A stretch of DNA of 64,000 bases from Alphaproteobacteria bacterium. GTDB lineage: Bacteria > Pseudomonadota > Alphaproteobacteria > JAAXGF01. Within the stretch, counting starts at the first letter, position 1, and each line of letters opens with the position of its first letter. Shown here in pieces: positions 21,554 to 32,850 of this stretch. Below the pieces are notes generated by a model that saw only the letters and a program-made list of their open reading frames with translations, ran no database searches and was not told the DNA's origin. The position numbers and the translations under genes are program-made. The stretch lies in contig CAUVXB020000001.1 of the NCBI GenBank assembly GCA_963555825.3, positions 384,001-448,000 on the forward strand, given 5' to 3'.

Positions 21554-22048
21554 CAAACATGAGAGCGTCCGCGGATCACGTGGCGCATGCGCCGGTTGGC
21601 CAGGCGGTTGACCGCAAAAGGGGAATTGCAGTCGTCCTCGCCCTGGTTCACGTGCGTGTCGGTGATCACGCCGAAACTGAACAGGCGCCGGCCGAGCGTG
21701 TCGGGGTTCAACGATTCCGTGGTCATGGATGGCTTCCAGTTTGAGTCGTGGAGAAAGGCTTATACCGCCTATGAATATACCTTGCACGGCCGGCCCCGAC
21801 GATCCTCCCCGGGCGTCGAGAGTAGCGAAGCCCAAGGGACGAATCGACGCGTGGAGAAAATCTTCCATATGTCCGCCTCGGCTAATTCCGGACATTGGGT
21901 GAGTGACGCCGCGAGGTCCGCTTTCCGCTCGGCAGCGGGCGCAGCACGGCTGAGCCTTCGATCTCTCCGATTTTCCCGAAGCGGGCGGCGCGACTGTCGT
22001 CGGGCGTCGAGCGGCGGTTTGCGGCGGTGAGCCGGCGCGCCTTCCGCC

Positions 22049-22510
22049 TCAGATGTTGAAGCCGCCGTCGCTCACGTCGAACGATCCCGGCGCCGTCGCC
22101 TCGGGAGCCCGGTAGCGATCCTCGGGCACGATGGCGGCTGCGGTCACCTCGATCAGCAGGTCCGGGTGCACCAAGGCCGCCACTTGAACGAGTGTGCTTA
22201 CCGGGTACGGCGGCGAAAAGAACGCGGTGCGCACCGCGTGTATGTCGGCCAGACCGTCCGGCGTCGTCACGTAGGTGACGATCGATACCACGTCGACCAT
22301 CTCGCCGCCGACCGCTGCGAGGGAAGCCTGGATATTTCGGAAGGTCTGTTGGGCCTGCAGACGCATATCGCCGACCCCGACCACATGGCGTCGATCGTCC
22401 CACGCAACCTGCCCACTGAGCAACACCTGTCGGCCCTCGCTCACCACCAGGCCCATGGAATTGCAGCCGAAGCTCCGCCAGACGCCGGGTGGTTGAAACG
22501 CCGTTTTCAT
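22049..22510 (-). CDS. RidA/YjgF/UK114 family protein
   Basis: LLSGQVA, PYPVSTLVQVAALVHPDLLIEV. Confidence 0.9.
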   Translation of the reverse strand: MKTAFQPPGVWRSFGCNSMGLVVSEGRQVLLSGQVAWDDRRHVVGVGDMRLQAQQTFRNIQASLAAVGGEMVDVVSIVTYVTTPDGLADIHAVRTAFFSPPYPVSTLVQVAALVHPDLLIEVTAAAIVPEDRYRAPEATAPGSFDVSDGGFNI

Positions 22511-22546
22511 GACCGTTCCTCGCTAGATTTCCACTGATACTTGGTA

Positions 22547-23917
22547 TTAACCGGTCTCCTCCGGCGTCGAGATGGCGGTGAAGCGGTGAGCCTTGATGTC
22601 GTCGGACCAGAAGTCGGGTTTGAGACCGGCCTTGCGCTTGAGGCGGGTCAGGAAGTCACGCGGCTCGGGCAGGCCTTCCCAGACCTGCGGCAGGAACAGG
22701 CCGCGCTTGTCGTCGCACGACAGGATGACGCCGTCGACACCGGGGCGAAGCTGGCCCAGGAGGTCGTCCTCGCCGGCGAAGCGCATCGCGCGCGGCGGGG
22801 TGAGCAGAGAAATTGACAGCGTGATCTTGTCGAATTCGGGCATCGTCACCGGCTTGAAGCGCGGGTCTTTGAAGGCCGCCGAGAAGGCGTTCTCGGCGAC
22901 GTCGACGACCATCGGCTTGACCGCCTGGAACTTGCCGATGCAGCCGCGCAGCTTGCCGGCGAGCTTGAGCGTGACGAAGGTCGCGTGCATCGCGCGCAGC
23001 TCTGCCGGATAGAGCGCCGGCTTGACGGTGAGCGGCTTGTCGTTGTTGAGGCCGTGGACGATCGACGCGGCGGCGACGCCGCGCAGCGCCTTGCCGTGGC
23101 GCCGAAGCGTCGCGGCGGTCGCGTCCTCGGCCTCGTCGACCGACCAGGCGCCATAGCCGACGACCCGGTCGCGCGGCCCGGCGGTGTCGCCCGAATTGCG
23201 CAGATCCAGCGTCGTCACCGCCATGCCGCGCGCCTTGGCGAGCGTGAGCAGGCCCTTGATCGGCAGCCGGCCGCAGGCCTGCTCGCGGCCGATATCGTCG
23301 GGCCGCATTTTCTCGATCGCCTGGCAGGTCCGCGCGTCGAGCTTGCGCGCGGCGTCGTAGTCGAGGTAGTGGCTCAGGTCCGACGAGATGACGATCACCG
23401 TCTCGGGCCCGCCCCACAGCGCCTCGATCACCTCGGCGACGTCCTTGATGTCGGCGGCGCCGACGACAAGCGGCACCAGCGTGAAGTCGTCGAGCACGCG
23501 CTGCAGGAAGGGCAGCTGGACCTCGAGGCTGTGCTCCTGGCGGTGCGCCTCGTCGTTGGCCGTGACCTGGGGCAGCGCGAGCGCCCGCTCGATCGCCGCG
23601 CTATCCAGCGGTATCGGGCCGAGCGGCGTGGCGAACTGCTCGACGGTCGGCGCGGCGAGGCCGTGGAAGGCGACGCGATGCGCCGGGCCGAGCAGCACGA
23701 CGCGCGTGATCGTGTCATGCGCGGTCTTAAGCAAAGCGTACGCGGACGCGGCGATAGGGCCCGAGTAGACGAAGCCGGCATGCGGCGCGATCAGCGCCTT
23801 GGGCGCCGGCCGGTCGGCCTCGACGCGGGCGAGGTAGCCGGTCACCGCGGCATCGAGTGCGCCGCTTTCATCCGGGTAGAACTGTCCCGCCACCGCGGGC
23901 GCCCTCACCGAAACCAT
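22547..23917 (-). CDS. amrB: AmmeMemoRadiSam protein B (Memo) fused to protein A (AMMECR1)
   Basis: RAPAVAGQFYP, PHAGFVYSG, EHSLEVQLPF, ISSDLSHY, VVGY; then ATFVTL..LRGCIG, DPRF, LFLPQVW. Confidence 0.93.
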   Translation of the reverse strand: MVSVRAPAVAGQFYPDESGALDAAVTGYLARVEADRPAPKALIAPHAGFVYSGPIAASAYALLKTAHDTITRVVLLGPAHRVAFHGLAAPTVEQFATPLGPIPLDSAAIERALALPQVTANDEAHRQEHSLEVQLPFLQRVLDDFTLVPLVVGAADIKDVAEVIEALWGGPETVIVISSDLSHYLDYDAARKLDARTCQAIEKMRPDDIGREQACGRLPIKGLLTLAKARGMAVTTLDLRNSGDTAGPRDRVVGYGAWSVDEAEDATAATLRRHGKALRGVAAASIVHGLNNDKPLTVKPALYPAELRAMHATFVTLKLAGKLRGCIGKFQAVKPMVVDVAENAFSAAFKDPRFKPVTMPEFDKITLSISLLTPPRAMRFAGEDDLLGQLRPGVDGVILSCDDKRGLFLPQVWEGLPEPRDFLTRLKRKAGLKPDFWSDDIKAHRFTAISTPEETG

Positions 23918-24015
23918 GACCGTCTCCTTCGCATGTATGCGCGGGGTCCGTCATTGACGGGTGACAATGACCGTCCCATCTAACATGTTATACCAAGGAT
24001 CACTGATAAAGACCC

Positions 24016-25119
<1,104 letters not shown>

Positions 25120-25755
25120 GCGGTGGCGTGGTCACTTCATGGCCGGTCGCTGGCGCCTTGGCCCTTAATTCATCGCCAGCAGATCGAGCCGGTGGTATTC
25201 GGTAAGGCCCAGGTCCTTGTCCCGGCCGATGATGTGCACGTAGATATTTGACGTGCCGTTGCCCTCCATCTGCACATTAAGGATGGCGAAGTTGTTCTGC
25301 ACGTAAGTGTGGTGGTTGTGGTAGCCGATGCCGGTCGGCTCGGGATTGCCGTCTTCGTCCTTGCCCACGATCATCCCAGTTTGTTTGACCGCCTTGCCCA
25401 GGGCCTTGCGTTTCAGGGCTGAGAGCATGTTGTAAGTGATGCCGCTCGAGGTGACCTGGAAGACGCGGGCCTTTGCAAACTTCGCGTGGTGCAGGCTGAA
25501 GATGGCGCCGACGTGCACGTCGCCGCTCAGAATGACCAGCGGCCGCCCGCTTTGGTGCGAGCATTCGAACAGCAGGGACATCAGCTTCTTGTATTCGTCG
25601 CGGTTGATGTCGTGCTCCCAATGGTTGCGTACGTCGTCGCGGCCGCCGAAGACCGCCGCCCAATCGGCGAGATTGAGCACGAAATCCTTGAGATGCACGG
25701 TGGGCACGGTCGACACGACGAAGATCGGTCGGGTGTGGGTCTGGTATGGAAAATC

Positions 25756-25768
25756 TAAGTCATTGATT
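25756..25768 (-). promoter_or_regulatory. IHF consensus site in the ISKra4 left end
   Basis: Minus strand AATCAATGACTTA matches WATCAANNNNTTR; also present in copy 2. Confidence 0.45.
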
Positions 25769-25943
25769 TAGTGCGTTTTTTGTGTCGAGACGAACGGCCG
25801 AAATCGGCTATTCGTGACAATGGGCCGCTCCAAGGCAGGATTTTGTTACGACGGCAGGGTCGAGCAGGGGAAGGTGGGAACGCTCCGCACCGCCAGAAGC
25901 GGTACGATGCCGTGTCTCGAAACCCAACATCGGGAGCATTCCC

Positions 25944-27335
25944 ATGGCAGTATCCCCGCCTCCGGCGCCTTCGTCCATCGATCTTTCCGGCCTGCCTCCT
26001 CGGGTCGTCGAGGCGGCCGCCCGGGTGCTCGCACTGTGTCGCGAGGAGCTTCGTTCCGAGCCGCGCCCCGAGGCGCCCGAGGAGGTCGAGTTGCGGGTGC
26101 GTGAGGCCACGAACGAGTTCGCTCGCGATGTCATGGGCGCCGTCATCGAGAACCGGGACGATGGCGCTTCCCGGATCGAGCGGGACGGGCAGAGCTGGTT
26201 CCGGGTCGCGGTGACGCCGAAGACGATCATGACCTCGCTCGGTCCGGTGACCTACCGGCGAGCGCGTTACCGCAGCGGCGCGAGCGGGGCATCGCCGGTG
26301 CCGGTCGACGAGAGCCCGGGCCTCGTCGACGATTACCTGACGCGGCCGGCGGCCGAGCTCGGTCTGCTGATGATGGGTCACTGCACGGCCCGGGAAGCGG
26401 CGGCGTTCTTTGCGAAGACCGGCGCCATGACGCCGTCGGTGAGCACCCTGCAGCGCCTGACCCTGAGCATGCACGAATGCTGGGAGAGCCTCGGCCCGGA
26501 GACGCTGGGCAGCATCCGTGAGGCCGAGGGCATACCGCAGGACGCGACCACCGCCTCGGTCTCCCTCGACGGCGTCATGGTGCCGCTGAGACCCGGCGAG
26601 GACGGTCGCGCCAAGGCCTCCTGGCGCGAGGCTGCCTGCGGCACGGTCTCCTTCCACGACGCCGAGGGCAAGCGCCTGAAGACCCTCTATCTCGGCCGCA
26701 TGCCGGAGAGCGGCAAGCTCACGCTGAAGGCGCAGCTTGCAAGCGAAGTCGCACACATCAGGCGAGCACGCCCCGAGATCGGGATCGTCGCTATCGCCGA
26801 TGGCGCCGCCGACAACTGGACCTTCCTGGAGACCCTGTCGCCCGAAACCGAGGTGATCGACTTCTGGCATGCTTGCGAACATCTGCAAACCGCGTCCGAC
26901 CATGCCGTGGCGCCCGGCTGGTTCGAGAAGTACCGCGAGATCCTCCGTCACGATCCCCGTGGCGTCGCCAAGGTGATCCGGGCGCTGCGCCACCTTCGCG
27001 ATGCCGCCGCTGCGCCGGACCGGGCCGAGACCGAGCGGGAACTCGCCTTCTTCCGCAAGCATCGCCATCGCATGCGCTACCACGCCCTGAAGGAAGAGGG
27101 CATCGCCATCGGCTCAGGCGTGGTCGAAGCTGCCAACAAGACCCTGGTGACACAGCGCATGAAGCGCTCCGGCATGCGCTGGCGGATCGTCGGCGGACAG
27201 GCTGTTCTGACCTTCCGCGCCCTGATCAAATCCGGCCGCTTCGAGCGGGCATGGAAGGCCCTGATCAGCGCAACCGACACACCGGCCAACGACAACATCA
27301 GTCCACGTGCAGCAGCCATGGCAATCGCTGCCTGA
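25944..27335 (+). CDS. ISKra4 family transposase
   Basis: SLDG, IADGAADNW, IDFWHACEHL, IGSGVVEAANK, RMKRSGMRW. Confidence 0.92.
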   Translation: MAVSPPPAPSSIDLSGLPPRVVEAAARVLALCREELRSEPRPEAPEEVELRVREATNEFARDVMGAVIENRDDGASRIERDGQSWFRVAVTPKTIMTSLGPVTYRRARYRSGASGASPVPVDESPGLVDDYLTRPAAELGLLMMGHCTAREAAAFFAKTGAMTPSVSTLQRLTLSMHECWESLGPETLGSIREAEGIPQDATTASVSLDGVMVPLRPGEDGRAKASWREAACGTVSFHDAEGKRLKTLYLGRMPESGKLTLKAQLASEVAHIRRARPEIGIVAIADGAADNWTFLETLSPETEVIDFWHACEHLQTASDHAVAPGWFEKYREILRHDPRGVAKVIRALRHLRDAAAAPDRAETERELAFFRKHRHRMRYHALKEEGIAIGSGVVEAANKTLVTQRMKRSGMRWRIVGGQAVLTFRALIKSGRFERAWKALISATDTPANDNISPRAAAMAIAA

Positions 27336-28717
27336 ACTCAACGAACCAAGCCGCAGACATCACTGCCATGCGAGACTCGCACCCGATCGGTCCCCGCTTG
27401 CCGGCGTTCTTGACCTCCTCTGCCCAGGCCGCCAACCTTTCATGCTGCGCGGCACCGAGGATCTGCCCGCTGCCGTCTTCGCTGCCGTCCTTCACCGACT
27501 TGTTGTGGCGCATGTCCAGGGTATAGAAATCGCAACCACAGGCCTCGAACGGGTAGTCGAACACGTCCTTGTCGGCGGCCGGGTTATGCGAATGCTGATA
27601 TTCGACGTAGACCTTGGTCGCGGCTTTCTTCATGCGGTTGGCGAGCGCCACGTTGGCGTCGACGTCTTCGATGCGGAGCAGGGTGTCGAGCTGTTGTGAC
27701 AGCTCTTTCTTGGTGTACGACCCCCAACCGTCCATGATTTCGTGGTCGTCCCAGATCATGTAGGTCGGGTAGCTGGCGAACACCTTCTGCAGCGAGGGGA
27801 ACCCCCAGTACCCGCGATAGATGTCGCGATACCACGACACCATGTCCTTGTTGGTCGGCGATTTGCCGCGCACCCGCTTCAGCCATTTCCAGATGCTCAT
27901 GCCGTCGTTGCCGTCGGCCTAGACCTGGTCGCCGCCGCCGATGACGAGGCGCGCGTCGGCGTAATCCAGTTCGTCGCTGAAGATCTGCCACATTGCCGCG
28001 TCGACACTGTCGCTCGATCGGTCGTCGGCGTAGGGCATGTGACAGCTGAACAGTCCGAAGCTGAAGGAGGCCGCGGTTTCCGGCAAGGTGCGGAACGATT
28101 TAGGCGACTCGATACCGAGCTCCCATTGGTTGGCCGGCGCGCCGTCCTGGACGATTTCACGGATGACGGCGTAGTGGTAGCGCGTGTCCGGCGCTAGGTC
28201 GACGACATCGTGAACACTGGTGTTGTCACTTGCGAATGTCGAACAAGACGTGTGGCAGGCATGCAGGCTTTGCAGCTGCGGATTGGCGGCTAGCGAGTTA
28301 CGAAGCAGCCACTCGCCATCGACCTGTTCGACCGTCGGCGCGGCGCTGCCGACGCGGATAGGCGCGGTCGACACGATCAGGTGGTGCCGGCCTTCGTTCT
28401 TGGTCCTGACCCAGACGCGCGACGAATTGGGCGTCGTATGGCCAACGATCGTGGCGCGTTCCAGCCGGTTGTTCGGCCACGGCCGTTCGAGTTTATCGTA
28501 GAAATCGAGCTTCGCCATGGCACATTCCTCTCGTTAGGGTTCTGCTAACTATTGCCGCACGGCCCGGGAATGTTCAATTATTATTTCTCGTTATAGAGGT
28601 GTCCTAGCGGGTGCGACGCCACCCCGGTGGCCGCAGGATTGGATGGCTCGATGGCGTTACGCGCCCGGCCCAGCGGTCATACGTCGGGCCGGTTTTGCGG
28701 AGGCGGACGGCCACGGC

Positions 28718-28846
28718 TTAGAGCAGCGTCAGCGCCATGCCGACCAGAATGACCACGACGATCACGATGGCCCAGGTCGCGAGGCGCGTGAAGGTGTGCC
28801 ACATCTTTACGCGTTCTTGATAATCCGCGTCGTCCATATGGCTCAT
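28718..28846 (-). CDS. aa3-type cytochrome c oxidase subunit IV-like small protein (42 aa, absent from the ORF track)
   Basis: Manual translation MSHMDDADYQERVKMWHTFTRLATWAIVIVVVILVGMALTLL; single C-terminal TM helix. Confidence 0.7.
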   Translation of the reverse strand: MSHMDDADYQERVKMWHTFTRLATWAIVIVVVILVGMALTLL

Positions 28847-29086
28847 GACAATCCCCTATCGAGCATAAACAGGCACCTCACGGCAATGCGCCCGCCGCCG
28901 GCGGACTATAACATCAAGGCATCGACGAATTTGAGTCCCTTTTCGAATTTCGCTGCCGGCGGTGCGTCGACCGGCGCGGTGCCATGATACAACCCGCCGG
29001 CACTGTCCAGGCTCCATCGGTTTCTCATAACATCAATATAAATTACGATATATTAATAGGTTAAAGGTATATTCTAAATTAGATTA

Positions 29087-29806
29087 GGGGCTGTCCTAGC
29101 TAAGCGGCATGCTTAGGCTAGGATGGCGGGATGTACGAGAGGAAAAGCCGGCTCAGTGATTGGAAGCGCGGTCGTCTGATTGAGCACTTCGTTGCGGGTA
29201 CGACGGCTCGGGCAGCAGCCGAACTGGTTGGCGTCCACCGGAACACGGCGGCCTCGTTTTATACTCGGCTTCGCAAGGTGATTGCCGAGGAAATGGAGAA
29301 GGCCTCGCCTTTTGCCGGAGAGATCGAGGTTGATGAGAGTTATTTTGGCGGCCGCCGCAAAGGCAAGCGGGGTCGAGGCGCTGGCGGAAAAGTCCCGGTT
29401 TTCGGGCTTTTGAAGCGAGGTGGGAAGGTCTACACGGCGATGATTCCCAATGCCCGGACTGCCACGTTGATGCCGATTATGGAGCGTATGATCCGGCCTG
29501 ACAGCATCGTCTATACGGACGGCTTTTCGAGCTATGATGCCCTGGACGTTTCGGACTTCCACCATGTTCGGATCAATCACTCGGAGCGGTTCGTCGACGA
29601 GCGGAGCCATATCAACGGGATCGAGAACTTCTGGAACCAGGCGAAGCGGCATTTACGGCGCTTCAATGGCGTCCCGAAACAGAGCTTTCACCTGTTCCTC
29701 AAGGAGTGCGAATGGCGGTTCAACGGAGGTGACCACCGAGAACTGCTTAACCAATTGAAGACATGGATTATTTTGAGACAGAAACGCCCTTAGCTAGGAC
29801 AGCCCG
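29087..29806 (+). mobile_element. IS1595-family (IS1016-like) insertion sequence
   Basis: IRs GGGCTGTCCTAGCTAAG / CTTAGCTAGGACAGCCC; 8-bp target duplication TTAGATTA. Confidence 0.93.
29131..29793 (+). CDS. IS1595 family transposase
   Basis: EVDESYFGG, KRGRGA, VYTD, HINGIENFW, ECEWRFN. Confidence 0.95.
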   Translation: MYERKSRLSDWKRGRLIEHFVAGTTARAAAELVGVHRNTAASFYTRLRKVIAEEMEKASPFAGEIEVDESYFGGRRKGKRGRGAGGKVPVFGLLKRGGKVYTAMIPNARTATLMPIMERMIRPDSIVYTDGFSSYDALDVSDFHHVRINHSERFVDERSHINGIENFWNQAKRHLRRFNGVPKQSFHLFLKECEWRFNGGDHRELLNQLKTWIILRQKRP

Positions 29807-29898
29807 TTAGATTATCATTTTCGGTATAGGGAATAAGCCTCGTAGTTCAGGATGCATTCGACTATCGTGGCGTGTGGGCCTCGAATGAGGACGGCATC

Positions 29899-31035
29899 AT
29901 GAGTTGGGTTCGCGGCATCGCCGTCGCCGCGCTGACATTGACACTGACGGCGTGCGTCAAGCCGACCAGCCGGGCGCCGGAGGTCGATGCGTCGCTCGCT
30001 GCCGCGGAGGCCGAGAAGCAGCGCGAGCTGGTCTTCGAGGCCACCGTCCGTGACACCCTGCGGCTCTCAACGGTCAGCTATTTTGTGCGTACCCGTTCGG
30101 CCGAGTTGTGCGGCGAACAGGTCGCGCCGGTGACCGGCATCAACGCGACGACGCTCGCCGAGTTCGATGCCGAGTACAAGGGTGCGGCCGCGCGCCTTTA
30201 CGGCGTCGGCGACGACGTTCAGTTCGTCTCGATCGTGCCCGGTTCGGCCGCCGACCGCGCGGGTCTGCAGCCGGGCGACAGGCTGGTCCAGATCGCCGGT
30301 TGGCCGGTGCCCGCCGGTAAGGGCGCCATGGCCGTGGCGGTCGAGCAGTTCGACGCGATGGCGGTGGCCGGTTCGCCGCTCGAGTTCACGGTCCGCCGTT
30401 TTGGACAGACGCTGACCTACGATGTGGTGCCCGAGGCAGCTTGTGATTATCCGGTGCTGCTCGACAAACAAGACACCGTCAACGCTTTCGCCGACGGCAA
30501 CCAGATCTACATCACCCGGGGCATGCTGCGCTTCGTCGACAACCCCGGCGAACTCGCCACCGTGGTCGCCCACGAACTGGCGCACAACATGATGGGGCAC
30601 CGCACGGCGAAGGAGACCAACATGGTCGCCGGCGCCGGCGTCGGCCTGGTGTTCGACATTCTGGCGGCCGTTGCGGGTGTCAATACCGGCGGCGACTTCA
30701 TGCGCATCGGCGCAGAGGCCGGCGCCGGCGCGTTCTCACAGGATTTCGAGGCCGAGGCCGATTACGTCGGCGTCTACCTGATGGCGCGCGGCGGCTATGA
30801 CATCGGCCTGGCGCCCAACTTTTGGCGTCGCATGGCGGTCATCCATCCGGCGTCGATCAAGACCAACCATTCGTCGACGCACCCGTCGGCGCCGGAACGC
30901 TTCGTCGCGCTCGAAAGCGCGGTCGGGGAGATTCACGCCAAACTCAACGCCGGCCGACCGCTGGTGCCCGAGGTCGCTGTCGATGCTGATGACGGTGGCG
31001 TCCAATCGCAACCGAGTACGTTCCGGCCGGAGTAG
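29899..31035 (+). CDS. M48 family zinc metallopeptidase lipoprotein with PDZ domain
   Basis: Lipobox LTAC, PDZ (GSAADRAGLQPGD), NAFA, HELAH, EAEAD, STHPS. Confidence 0.9.
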   Translation: MSWVRGIAVAALTLTLTACVKPTSRAPEVDASLAAAEAEKQRELVFEATVRDTLRLSTVSYFVRTRSAELCGEQVAPVTGINATTLAEFDAEYKGAAARLYGVGDDVQFVSIVPGSAADRAGLQPGDRLVQIAGWPVPAGKGAMAVAVEQFDAMAVAGSPLEFTVRRFGQTLTYDVVPEAACDYPVLLDKQDTVNAFADGNQIYITRGMLRFVDNPGELATVVAHELAHNMMGHRTAKETNMVAGAGVGLVFDILAAVAGVNTGGDFMRIGAEAGAGAFSQDFEAEADYVGVYLMARGGYDIGLAPNFWRRMAVIHPASIKTNHSSTHPSAPERFVALESAVGEIHAKLNAGRPLVPEVAVDADDGGVQSQPSTFRPE

Positions 31036-31054
31036 TCTGGTTCGATGCGACGAC

Positions 31055-31226
31055 TAGAACATTTTCCGATCAATTGGAATCGGTCGTAATATGCCAGCCC
31101 GCGCCAATCTAATTGGGACAAGAGGGGGCCGCCGCTTATGCGGCCAGCCCTTATGGGATAAAGATTGGCATGCGCGGCGATTGAGCGCAGGTCACCTTTA
31201 CTGGGTAAAGGTGACCGGACAATACG

Positions 31227-31229
<3 letters not shown>
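31055..31229 (-). repeat. MITE-like intergenic repeat, copy 2
   Basis: Reverse complement of 1658-1831; begins (C)TAGAACATTTTCCGATC and ends GACCGGACAATACGCTA. Confidence 0.85.
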
Positions 31230-32636
<1,407 letters not shown>

Positions 32637-32850
32637 TGAATTGGAATTTGCTTGCCTCGCCGTCCATCGGCGGTCAGTGGCGTCGGGCGTCATATACGAC
32701 TTCCAGAGCGAGGAAGTCAATCGAAAGGGTCGCGCTCGAAGCGGTCGGTTGACGGCGACGGTGGTCGAATTCGGCCGTCCGTGGCGGACAGTCGGGGCTT
32801 CCTTTGATCCGGCAAGCAGCGTAGCTTTACGGCGGGTGATGGGGAAACGA

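Larger units (their letters stand above)
20209..21569 (+). mobile_element. IS110-family insertion sequence
   Basis: No TIRs or target duplication; right end TTGACAAACATGAGAGCGTC; boundaries set by in-frame restoration of the host gene. Confidence 0.88.
18276..21726 (-). pseudogene. calcineurin-like metallophosphoesterase with large C-terminal domain, disrupted by IS110 and a frameshift
   Basis: N-terminal ITDTHVN (21570-21726), then VGDLVH, PGNHDVGD, HSHYPP, GHVHNFW; frame change near 19675; removing the IS restores ..HVIRDLNGRDLAF.. Confidence 0.88.
25731..27384 (+). mobile_element. ISKra4-family insertion sequence, copy 1
   Basis: IRs GGGTGTGGGTCT / AGACTCGCACCC; 8-bp target duplication GATCGGTC. 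Confidence 0.93.
25165..28518 (-). pseudogene. PhoD-like alkaline phosphatase, disrupted by ISKra4 and a nonsense codon
   Basis: FSCH, GDQV*AD (TAG at 27919-27921), IWDDHEI, LDMR, LSGDVH, VTSSG across three fragments. Confidence 0.88.
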
